The translations under genes were made by a program, and so were the position numbers. Positions 13,168-31,516 of a stretch of 64,000 nucleotides of DNA are shown here, piece after piece (the first letter of the stretch is position 1; the number at the start of each line of letters is the position of its first letter). Origin of the DNA: Amoebidium appalachense. Taxonomy: Eukaryota > Protista > Ichthyosporea. Under the pieces are notes generated by a model. It was not told the DNA's origin. It made no database searches and worked only from the letters and a program-made list of their open reading frames with translations. The stretch is from contig CAVNZM010000008.1 of assembly GCA_963693365.1 (NCBI GenBank), positions 5,232,310-5,296,309 of the forward strand. Direction: 5' to 3'.

Positions 13168-13856
13168 CCCACACACGGACTGATACATAAACACACACAC
13201 ACAGACACACGTACAACATATAGACACACACACACACACGTACGTGTATGTATGTGGACACAGACACATATGCACATGCACACACGCAGACATGTACGTG
13301 TTCATAGATACACAGACATGTACGTGTCCATGTGCAAACACATACATAGGCGCACACATGTACATGTACGAGACACACACACCCACCCATGTACATATAC
13401 ACACACCCAACACGTGTCCATACAATCACACCTCTACACTTTGGGCCAGGGGCCCACGAACCAATATTGTGGCTGGGAGACAGGCCCTGGCCCGTTAAAC
13501 GCGATGGTCCGGCCCGGTGACGTGGGCCGACCCGACCCGATTCGACTCGAGAGCAAATGGAGTGATGGCCGCGCCTGCGGCTATTATCTGCCCCCCCGGG
13601 GCTCTATCTACACACTATATGGCCGGGGCTATGCACACGGTGCCCCCAAAAGGCAGCCGGCTGCCTGTATGCCCAAATATGGAAGGTGGCTGGCCAGCAG
13701 CACCAATCAAAACGCAATGAAATGGCCCATGACGTCATCAAAACCTGTCTTGCTCAATCTATCTAGCCCACACACACACACACACAAAAAAAACAAGTAA
13801 AACAGCCCAGTTGAGGGTATAATTCCAAGCACACACCTAAAATAGTACACGGCCCC

Positions 13857-20489
<6,633 letters not shown>

Positions 20490-22308
20490 CTGTGTTGGCC
20501 CCGTCAGCATGGATGTGAGAGAAGGCGGATGTAAGGATACGTAAGTGTGTGTGAGGTAGCCACGGTGTGTGTGTGTGTTTGTGTGTGTGTCGTGTGTGGG
20601 ACGGGGTATGGGCAGGCAGGAAGGTGGGTGGGAGGGCAAGTGTGGGCGCGCGCGCGCGGATGTGTGTGTGTGTGTATTCTTGTGTCCACTTTTGTGTCCA
20701 CTGTGTGAATATTATAACTGTGCACTGGTGCCTGTATGCACGAGTAACAATGTGTCTTTCTGGTGCAGAAGTGTTGTTTGCGTCTGGGTTTTTGGATGGG
20801 AGTGTGCTTGGGCGATTGGTTGACTTAGTGTGTGTTTGTGTGAGAGGGTGCGAGTGTGGGTGTGCGCGCGCGTGCACGTGCACGTGCGTGTGTGTGTAAA
20901 CGGGGGGGGGGGGGGGGGGGGGGGATGCATGCGTAGAATGTAGGTACGTTTCCGTTTCTCCAAAGCCATTCTGCATGGTGGTGCCCACAAAACTTGGTGA
21001 TCGTTGCTAAAATAGCATGAGGCAGCCGTGTCGACAAGGAAAAACGAACACAGGAAAATCCGTTCTCAGTTAAGAGTGGGGCTGCTATAGAGTGGGAAAC
21101 CAAGCAAACCAGATCCCAGGAAGAAGTAGGCATGTGTGTTGTGTCCATGCATGCCAAGGAGCACATCGGTAAGTGCTTTGCGTGTGAAGGTGTGCTCGTG
21201 TGTGCTGCCTGCTAACACACGGGCCGGACGTGTGTTTTAACTGTGGCATTGGTGTTATGTGTATATCCGTGTGCCTGCTTAGTTGCTGTGTGGCCGTGTG
21301 TTCTGCTTTCCGCATGTGCCTGTGTGTCTATGTTTATGTGTGTTCCTGCGCGGCTTGGTTACAAAATGTGCACTTGTGTCTTGGTTGCTGTGTTTGCCTG
21401 CCTGTCTTGGTTGCACAGGGCCCGTGTATCCCACATCGCTATGTGCGTGTGTGTGTGTGTGCCTCCGTTGTTATATGTACCCGGATATGGGTTTGTGGCT
21501 GTTGAGTGAGGGAAAAGCTATGCCACGCAAACATCAGTGGTGCTATCTTCTACTTACTCCTCAAGAGCCCTGCCCTGTGCTGTGGTGCTGGAAATCCCCG
21601 TACACCTCACTACCACATCCCGAAGTGGGCTTTTCAGCATCCACTTTCCCTGCCGCCACCCGCCCCGCCCACCCATCCGCACGCACGGACGCGCACACCA
21701 CGCACACAAACACCCAAACACCCAAACAAGCACACGCACACACACACGCACACACGCACGCACGCACACATACCCCGTTGCCCCATACCGCCATGGTGGT
21801 TCTCATTGGCTGCTGGCTGCGTGCCGGTGGGCCCCCGTGCGGCTGCGGCCGGCCAGGCACGGCCGTTGCATCGTTTGGCGCAGAGCGCACTCACAGTCCC
21901 CACGCACTAATAACTGTGCGTGTACTAACGGGCACCCCTATGCACGCACACCCAAAATATAGCCAAGTTTCACTGAAAGACCCTTTGACTTGCAAACGGC
22001 TGCTTGTTTGTGCCTGTTCAAACTTTCCCATGCGTAGGTTTGGCTAGAAATCCCAAACATTCCCTTTTTGCTGTATAACTTTCTCTGAGCTTCTTACAGC
22101 TTCCTGAACTCGGAGCTCGATTTGTGATTGCTAAAGGGAAAAACGGAAAGCCGGCCAAACAATTCCTCACCATTTGTCCCCTTATACCTTAACTTTCAGG
22201 GGTAACTAACTTTTGCTTTCAAAAAACTTTAAAACAGGTGCAGTCTAGATATCACAGATTGTCTCTAGAACCCCTTTTGGATCAGAAGAAAACAAAATAA
22301 AAATAAAG

Positions 22309-22518
22309 TTTTACGTTTGTCATCTAAGCCTGATTTTTATGCCAGGCGATTGGCTCGAGTTCTAGATATGGAAATGTACCTGATAAATAACTAATAAGGT
22401 ACACTCGATTTCTACTTCTCTTTCTTTTCGTGAAAGTTTGTTCCACTTGACGTCTTGGAAGATAATGATCGAGCCAATCGCCTGGCCTAAAAATCAGGCT
22501 TAGATGACAAACGTAAAA
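22309..22518. mobile_element. MITE-like element with ~50-bp terminal inverted repeats
   Basis: TTTTACGTTTGTCATCTAAGCCTGATTTTTATGCCAGGCGATTGGCTCGA at the left end has a near-perfect reverse complement at about 22469-22518. A TA target duplication is possible (22312-13 and 22514-15). Confidence 0.75.
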
Positions 22519-22642
22519 AATCATGAAGGAGCGCCGCTGTCACGAAGTTTCATTTTCTTGTGCCACGTCTGGAAAGAACTTGGAAAGACAAAAAAAGAAA
22601 AAAGTTTAGAATCTTTAGGAACATTGGTTCTAGTTGTCAGCC

Positions 22643-24543
22643 ATGTCACGCAATGGGGCCGACATCAGCTCAGATGGAGGATTGGTGTTGCTGCCGGGCG
22701 AAACGTATGTTAGAAACTGTATGGGGGTTGCATCTCTGGCTGCGCTGTGCGAATTTAGCAGTTTTCTGAGTAGCTATCTCTCGGGCCCAGGTTCTACGTG
22801 CGTGCCTGAGCTGTTCAGCAGTTGTCTGTGTTGCTGAATATGCAACATCGTTCTTGCTTGGCTGTGTTGTATTTGGTGCAAGATCAAATCCTGCATGCAC
22901 AGAGGGGATCGTCTGAATTCTTCTGTAGTCTGCTTCAGATTTTGTACAGACTGCAGCTATTCGAATTCCTGCGTGCTGGTGCCCTATGGCTGTGTGCACT
23001 CGATCTAATGGGTGGGGCAGGGTGATATATTCGGTGGGGGGCGTGCGCCTGCAGGCGTCAGAGGTGTGTTCGAAGGCTGTCGATGGCACCGTCTACGTTT
23101 CCCACCACAGGGTGTGTGCCTGCCTGCCTGCCTGTCCTTTCTTTTTCCTTTTTTTTGTTTTTTTTTTAGAAGCGGGGGGGCCTGTTGGGAGGGGTATGTG
23201 TGTGTTGGGGGGAAGAGGTGGAGGAGGGGGGGGGGAAGAGGGGGGGGGGGGGGGAGGGAGGGAGGGGGGGGGGGGGGAGGGGGAGGGAATGACATCCTGA
23301 ACCATATGGTTCTTAGCTGGTTCAGGCTGTACATGGGCTGAGGCAGGGCTGGGCATAGGTGGTGTTCAAGGCACACAAGCCCAAGGACCTCATCACCTTT
23401 GTCATGCCGCTTATGTGTCTGCACGACCTGGACCTCAAGCAGCCCATGTTCGGCGCCAACGTCTTCACCGGCAAGTGCGACGCCCTGCCAGACGGTGCGT
23501 AGGCAAGAGGGGGGGAGGGGCCGGAGGTGGTGAAGGGTTGGGTCTGTGTGGCCCAGCACCAATATGAAGCTGACAGAGAGGGCCAGGGGGTTACGAGGGC
23601 ACGTCCGATTTCAAGCTGACGTTCACGGAGGGGGGTGCCATTGAGTTTGCCCAAGCCGTAAAGAAGGCCTACGCCCACAGGCAGCCTTTGCCGGCAAGCG
23701 GCCCGGCAATGCCCGCAGGTAGGACCAGGCAGAGAGATTTGCGTGCAGGGGGAGAAGGGGCGTGCGCGGGGGGGCAGGGGGGGGGGGGGGGGGGGCCTTT
23801 TGTTGTGATGTTTGCTGTGGGGCAGGAGTCGGGCAAGCAGGGCTGTGACGTAAAACAGAAAAATTACTGACGCTTGCTGCAGGCATACCATTGTCGGCCG
23901 GCTTTGCCCCACCCAGCTACACCCCAGCCCCATACTCCATGGGCCCAGCTCCGGGCTCCTACCCGCCTCCTCAGTCGGGCCCCTACCCACCCCAGCAGCC
24001 CGGCACATATCCCCCGCCGCAACCAGGGTCCTACCCACCCCCCCAAGTGGGCTCCTACCCACCACCTCAACCGGGAGCCTACCCCCCACCACAGGCAGGC
24101 GCCTACCCACCCCCTCAACCGGCCGCCTACCCACCACCCCAGTCGAGTCCCTATCCGCCCGGGCCAGGCTACGGTTACCCTGCGCCACCACCCAGCTACG
24201 GACAGGCTTACGACCCCTTGGGCAGCTATCCACCCCCACCACCCGGCGAGCAGCCCCCCACGTATGCTGATGCAGACAGACTACGCCAGGCCCCTGCAGG
24301 TAGCGTAGCTCTTGGCCATGAGGGGGGCATGGGAGATGTAGGGTGTGTTTGTAGGTGCTAACTGAAAGGGCTGGGGAGGTGCAGATGCCAAGGCGCAGGA
24401 GGCCATGCGCAGCTGAGGTTGGTGGACAGCACAACATGGTCAGCCGACCGTGTGGGTTTTATTTTTTATTTTTTTTTTATTTTTTTTTGGAGGGGGTGTG
24501 TGTTAATAGTTTTTGGAGCTCGAGGGGAGGTGTGTATTTGTGG

Positions 24544-24579
<36 letters not shown>

Positions 24580-24694
24580 GGGGGGGGGGGGGGAGATAAG
24601 GGGGGAAGGCACTCTGTACATACAACACACACGAATGTTAGCTGCCATGGCCCTCTTGGAATATTCTATTTTTCTTGTTGTCTGCGCAGGCTAG
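22643..24694 (+). CDS. WBP2: WW domain-binding protein 2-like (GRAM/PH-like domain + PPxY-rich tail)
   Basis: Six exons: MSRNGADISSDGGLVLLPGE / VIYSVGGV...DGTVYVSHHR / VVFK...FVMPLMCLHDLDLKQPMFGANVFTG / GGYEGTSDFKLTFTEGGAIEFAQ / YPPPQ repeats with PPSY and PPTY / terminal G-stop. KQPxFGAN and KLTFxxGGAIEF are WBP2 signatures. Confidence 0.92.
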
Positions 24695-25502
24695 TAGGCC
24701 GTGGAGGCAGCCTGGCCAGACATTGTGTTCAGGCACACACCAGTGCACATACCCCAAGTTATCTTTAGCTATTAGTACCCAGAAATTAAGGAAATAAGAT
24801 AGAATCAGCCACCGTAATCTAGAGTCTGGGTGCAACTTTCGGGGGATGCAGGTGCCGTCTTCTGCACCATCACCATACCCCGTGTGTTTTGCGGGTGGGG
24901 GAAGGTGTTCCCGTGTTACTCTCTTTATTTCCCATGTAGACACGATGAGGGAGCCCATGTATTCGAGTCCCTGGCAATTCGAAAACACATCAAGGCCTCC
25001 GATATACTAACTGTTAGTCAATAGGAGGCCTTGAAACACAATGCAAAAACAACTTCGCCCAGTACCACGGCCATCTAGAACACCGCCCAGTACCACAGTG
25101 CGCCGTCTCAGCTCACTGGGCGAGAGCCAAACGAGAGTGGGCTTATCAGGGTGTGCCGACAGAGCCACCTGATAGTTACCATCTGGGAACCAATAAGTAA
25201 GCGCGATCTACGATCGATAATGCTATGCGCCAATCATAGCCCGCTCTCGCCTCACCAACGGTCGGTGTAGATCTCACTGACATCGGTGGCAGGTCATTGG
25301 CTGGCCGCAGCACGGGGGAAGATCCAAGCGAGCAGCCCAGGCCAGTCATCCGTCAGAGTTGCGCAGAGGGTCGTGAGGGAAAGGCAGTCACGCGTGTATA
25401 AGTGCGTGCAAAAGTGTGACTGTTGCTTCACTAATACTGTTGCTACGTAGCAGAAGCAGTAGGTTAGTTCTCTGTTTTTTTTGTTTTTTGCCGCAAGCCA
25501 GC

Positions 25503-26881
25503 ATGGACGCAGGCGCTGTGACCGTTCGGGCCTGCCCGCCCGAGCTAGTGTTGTGTCCTTCAGCTGAGGCTGCGACTTCCGCTGCCACGGATCCTCTGCC
25601 TGCCATTAGTAGTGCAAGTTCGAGCGCGGCACCTAGCGACCGCCCTCGGCCCAGTAGGCAGGGCTCGGAGGGCAGCACGGTGTCGGAGGATGATAGCGAG
25701 GGTGACTTCCAAGCGCGGCCTGCCATGAGTGCTTTTGAGCGCGAGCAGATTGATGCGCTGGTGGCGGCCGCCCAGGTGCACCACCAACACAGTGAGGACG
25801 TGAGGCTGCAGGGAGAGTGGTGCTTCTGGATTGACCGCAACGTTAAGAAGGTGTGTGTGCGTGCGTGCGTGTGTGTGCATGCGCGTGCGTGTGTACCTGC
25901 GTGTGCTTGTGTGCAGCTGTGTGGTGTGTGCTTGAAGGGGGGGGTGTAGGGACTGGTGTGGTGTGCTGGGGAAATGTCTCGGCCTTGCACCTTCTTTTGT
26001 TCAAATCTTTCGTCTGGCATGGTAGGCACATTCTGCTCACTTGTAGATTTGTGTGATAGTGATGCATTAAATCTCCTCCGTTCTTGTTACTTTCTAACCT
26101 GGTCCTATGATGCACGTGATGTTTGTGTTGGGGGGATCCTAATGCCGTTAGGTGGTAGAGTAGCTTAGGTAGACAAGTATAACACGAGGTGGTGATAATG
26201 TAGCTGGCATGGTACCCTCTTCATCCTCTTTTCATTCTGTCTACACTCCTGTGTGACTGTGTTCCCTTTCTGTTTGCTTCCTTTCACATCCACCTGTGCC
26301 TACATGTGCTCAACTCGAGGTGTCTACCTGCAAATATCATGTTCTGTGCTTGCACGTGCTAACTGGTTACACTGCTTGCAGGGTGTGAGTGAGGGGTCTT
26401 TCCTGGACTCTCTGCACAATGTGGGCACGTTTGGCACCACCCACGGGTTCAGCGAGCTGCTACTGACCTATGCGGAGCAGCTGATCAACATCACACAGCA
26501 CAGCGACAAGTGCAACATACGGGTAGGTTTGCAGTATGATCTCACTTGGTTTTTCTCTTGGTTGGCCGTTTTCTGAAGATGTTGCTCTATTGTTGGTGCC
26601 TGTGAAACACGGGTTAGGGCGTTTCACATGGTCAGTGCACGGTGGATTTATCTGTATCATTTCAAGTCCCTCGAGTGGCCAGAGCCGCACAGTCATACTC
26701 TCTTTGGGGCTGCCAGGACTTGGGGGGGAAAGCCATCTGCAAACAGTAGTGGTTGCAGGAGGCAACGTTGTGGGGAGCTGCTGTGTCTCTTTCAGTGGCC
26801 AGTGCAACGTGAGCAGTGTAGATGACACCTGATCGTGAATTACATGATCATGTGGTCAAGACTGACGGCATTCACACACAC

Positions 26882-26929
<48 letters not shown>

Positions 26930-27280
26930 GCAATTTTGCAATCTCCCTGTCATTGACTCTTTCTGATCTTTTTTCCCAGCTGTTCCGCAAGGGCATATCG
27001 CCCACACGGGAGGACCCAGCCAACGTGCTTGGCGGGCAGTATGTTGTGTTCCTGCCCCGTGAGCGCACGGGGCTGCAGAAGCTGTGGCTGGACTGCATGC
27101 TGGTGCTGCTGCACGAGAAGCTGCAGCTGAAGGGCACCGTCATAGGCCTGGTGCTGGGTCTTAAGCGGTACGTGCAGTGTTTTTTGTGTTTGGTGTGAGA
27201 GTGGGCCCTGTTGGGGGTGGGGAGGAAGGGGGGAGCGGGAAGGGAGGAATAGGGCAGGGAAGGGGAAGGTGTTTGTGTGT

Positions 27281-27313
<33 letters not shown>

Positions 27314-28471
27314 GTGTGGGTGTGTGTGTGTGTGTGGGAGGAGGAGGAGGAGGTGGAGGGAGAGGGAGAAGGGGCTGGAGCATGCATTGTTTTCTCAACT
27401 AGGCTGTGCTGTCGCACCTATTCCTGAGCAGACACAGCCTTTTATTTACTTCATTTATTCCTGCTGATAAGCATCAAAGGTGGGGAGAAATCCCGCATGC
27501 TTTCCGAGTGATGTTGTACCTGCAGTTGCATTGTGTCTGTTTGTTTGTAGTTGCTGCTGATGTTGGTGCTCTTGTATGGTACATTTGGTGTGTGGTGCTG
27601 ACTGCATGGTTGCACAGGCGGTCAGACACACTTGCCATCTGGACGGACCGTGGCTGCCACCCCACGGCCTATCAGCAACAGAGGGACCACATTTGCGACA
27701 CACTGGGTCTTAGCCGTGAGAGCAAGATCAAGTACAACAACCACAACCAGCAGCGCAGCAGAGCAAACAGCCGCACTGGCCCACCCACACCACTGCCCCT
27801 GGTCTCCTCGGCTGGGCCTGCAAACCCACTTAACCCCCTGGCACAGGAGAGGTACGTGATGATTGTTATATTGGTTGATGTATGGGCTGGCTGGCGGACA
27901 TTATGGTGTGTGTAACTAGGAGTATGGAAAGTGGAGCCCTGTCATATTAGACTTTCCTTGCGCAGCGTAGTCCTATTGTTGTAACGGGGTTTCTGGGCCT
28001 AAAACTGAAAAATTCCAAATTTTCTGTTGCACGCATACGACATATGACTAGATTTTAAATTTTGGGGGGATTCGACTGGTTGGCCTGTGCACGTATCATA
28101 ATGGATGCTAACTCTAGTTTTTTTTTTTTTCCAGGAAAATGCGCGCACGCGCGTGCTCTCAGCCAACAAAGCGCCCCCCTCCCACACTGGGCCTGCCTGA
28201 GAGCTCTTCATGGCAAGACCCGCCCACCAGCACCCGTCCAGGCCCCCCACCGAAACGGGGCCCCACCCTTGGGTTGTCTGAGAGTGCTTCATGGCATGAG
28301 CCATCCACACACACACGGCCGGCCCCACCCCCGAAGAGGGGCCCTACGATGGGCCTTCCCGAGAGCTCATCTTGGCAGGAGGCATCGGTGTCGGCACGCA
28401 TACCTACAAGGTATGCTCCGTGGTGTTTTACTGTTTGAAACGATCAGGAATTTGAGTGGTTGGTGCTGGGA

Positions 28472-28514
<43 letters not shown>

Positions 28515-29173
28515 TTACTGTTTGAAACGATCAGGAATTTGAGTGGTTGGTGCTGGGAAACCACCCCCCCCCCCCCCCCCCCCCATGCACGTGCTTTTCG
28601 AAGTGTCATTGAAATCAATTATAGTCAAGTTGTATGTGTGTGTGTGTGTGTGCTTTTTTTGGGGGGGGGGGGGGGGGGGGGGGGCTACTGTGTGATTGCC
28701 TTGTCACCTACCACTCACACAACTGGTATTCAATATGGGCAACTACTTTATGCACTGTTTTATAGACGATCTTTTCTATGCACGTACGGTTTACACACCA
28801 TCTGGTAGTCATCTACTTGTTGCACACACTCACTCACCAACCCCCACCCTCCAGCCCGCGCTCCACCCCATCCACCCGCAACCGCTCACCCAGCAGTGGC
28901 TCTTGGCGCCAGCCCTCCAATGACGTCATCCGCGCTGCACCCTCCATCCCCACACTAGCCCCCATCCCTCAGGCCTCTAGCCCTGTACCCCTCGGGGGGG
29001 ACGAGCCGGTTCGGGCTTTGCCGGCCGGGCGCAGCCGGGCGGTTTCGGTGGGCAAACATAACAGCCCCCTGCCTGCATGCACACAGTACCCGCTGTCGCA
29101 GCGCCCCGGCGCACGGCCCCCGGCACGCAGTAGGGCACAGTCGACATCGAGGCTGGGAACCGGTGCGGTGTGA
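25503..29173 (+). CDS. Divergent eIF4E-family protein with N- and C-terminal low-complexity extensions
   Basis: Exons 25503-25850, 26382-26522, 26980-27167, 27618-27851, 28135-28410, 28855-29173 are phase-compatible. Motifs LQGEWCFWID, LFRKGISPTREDPANVLGGQY, KLWLDCML, VIGLVLGLKR, DTLAIWT and IKYNNH follow the eIF4E fold in order. Confidence 0.88.
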
Positions 29174-29463
29174 TGGTATGAGTAGTGGGCCAGTGCTGGG
29201 TTTGTATCTAGTGAATATATGGAAATGTATGCCAGGCGGAGATGTACGTGGCTTGATTAAGGGGTGTATATACGTTGTGGGGTGTACATAGGCTGTACAA
29301 TCATATTGTACATGTTTAATTGGTAAAGTTTCTTTTTTCTGCACATTTTTTTTCTTTTTTTCCTGCTGCGTGTCTGCACGTGCACACGTGCGCCGTGCTT
29401 TCCAGTTTTCCTTTTGGGGGGGGGGGTGGGGAGGGGGGGGGGGGGATGGTGTGTGTGGGGAGG

Positions 29464-29498
<35 letters not shown>

Positions 29499-29982
29499 AC
29501 TCCACTCGGGACAGAGGTCATTTAAAGGTGTTTTCGTGCAGTGGAATAGTGATGGATTTTATTCACTGAGTGATTTGTTGATGATAGTGACATGCCATTT
29601 TGCGCCAGTGCGGGCCACTGTGTATAGCAATGCCGCAGAGTATATTGTACATACAGGCGGCCATTTTATAAGTCCAGATATATACCTCAGTTCGAAATAA
29701 ACTCCAGTAATTTTGATTATGAGTGACCAGCTGCCTTCAGAATATTAGCTCTTTTTATTTCAAGAGGCTGCAGACGAATCGGGTAGTGTCTGATCACTCG
29801 TACTCAGCCAGCGTCGATTTATCGTAAATAATATTAGCTACAGTAGGCTGGCAGCCTGGCGGGCACAGTCAGGAGTCAGGACGCGTGCCAATTGAGTGAC
29901 TGCATTTCACAGATAGCTATGTACTGCGCACCTATAAATTAGTAACATGCACGTGGTAGACACAAGAGTGGTCAGGTTATGA

Positions 29983-30030
29983 CTTGGATGCACGGCCATC
30001 TAGAAACTAAAAGATGGCCGTGCTTGGATG
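29983..30030. mobile_element. 32-bp hAT-like micro-element with 11-bp TIRs and an 8-bp target-site duplication
   Basis: CTTGGATG | CACGGCCATCT agaaactaaa AGATGGCCGTG | CTTGGATG. Confidence 0.75.
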
Positions 30031-30804
30031 TTATGATCTATGGGCTTATGTGCGCAGGTCACTGATGGCATATTCCTACTTTTTTGTTTGTCACCTTAAT
30101 ATAAATATAAACTTTTTTTTGCGCGCAAAAACTTCCCCTCAGATTTCTATATTTGGCTAATCGTGCGTTCGCGTGAAAATTATTGGTCCACACATCATCT
30201 TTTTTGATTATGCATGCTACCCTACCCACTACAATGTTGTAGAATGGCTGTGTACAGCATGACCTTTGGTGCCAGGCGATGCATTCCAAAGGTCATGTAC
30301 TTCAGTGCACCTGGCACACACATTCTTCAAACCACTGGATTATTAACGGCCGTCAGCCACCAGACCACTGCCACCACACAAAAAGAGAAAAAAAAAAGGG
30401 GGGAAAAAAGGGGGGGGGGCACGCAAACCCATCCACTTGGTGAATCTGCATGTGCGCACGGTACAGGAAACTATTACAGGTGTGTGCATGTGCACGTGTG
30501 CATGCCATCTGTGTTTTAACAGGTGCAGCCCCTGGACAATCCCATACGTACACTGGTGGCTTATTTAGACATGCGCGAGGACGTGTTTCCAGCATTCGCT
30601 GAGTTTTGCGCTGGGAAACCCCACACAAATAGAAAGACTGCTAGCTATAGTGCATACGTATGCTGCATATGGGGCCATGCATGCCCCTTACTCCATCTGT
30701 GCATCCCCCCCCCCCCCCCTCCTCCCCCCACCCCACCCCCACCCCACCCCACCCCGACCCCCTCTCCGTGGTCCTTCATTCCTATTGGTTCAGTATCAGC
30801 AAGT

Positions 30805-31467
30805 CTAGACGGGCAGCAGGGAGCGGCCCACGGTGAAGATAGACCGCATGGCCAGTTTGGTGGTCACAAGCAGCCCAGTTGTGCCCCCGGGCACGTACGA
30901 CAGCACGTACCTGCGCACAGTAAGGGTGCAAGTATGTGTGTGAGTGTGTACAAGGGGTGCATGCAGCACGCATGTGTCATGCATCCGCACACATGCAAAG
31001 AACGAGGGAAGTCTCATAGTGCAGGTAGAAAGAAAAAGTTGTCCGAGTGAATACAAAGCATTTCACAGGTTGGGCCCGAGCTTGCTTTGAACGATGACAT
31101 GTCATGGTGCACGCACGTGCATGCATCCACAAGTACACGGCACACAGTCATCGTGCATGCGCTTGAAACAGACACACACCCACGTATACCACTTGCTACC
31201 CACACATGGCCCACCCTCCACCCCCCCTCCCCCATCTCCCCGCCCTCTCCCCGCCACCGCCCAGCAAAAAAACATGCACAAACACACATACAAACGTACA
31301 AACACACACACACGTACATACACGTACACACATAAACACGTACCACAGCAGGGCTGCTATCTGGATGCCGGCACACACCAGTGTCAGAATCGTCAACCCC
31401 TGATGAACCCCAACACGGTGTCAGTGCAAGCCCCTCCTTACCCAATAATGTAGCACCCACGAACCGG

Positions 31468-31516
<49 letters not shown>

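Noticed and set aside
13440-13560. GGGCC-rich short inverted repeats
   Set aside because: Stem of about 10 bp in GC-rich sequence with no TSD; insufficient for an element call.
20947-21800. Candidate first exons of the RING-SH2 gene (ATG near 21794, exon about 21649-21558, exon ending near 20948)
   Set aside because: Several mutually incompatible phase solutions; cannot be fixed without transcripts.
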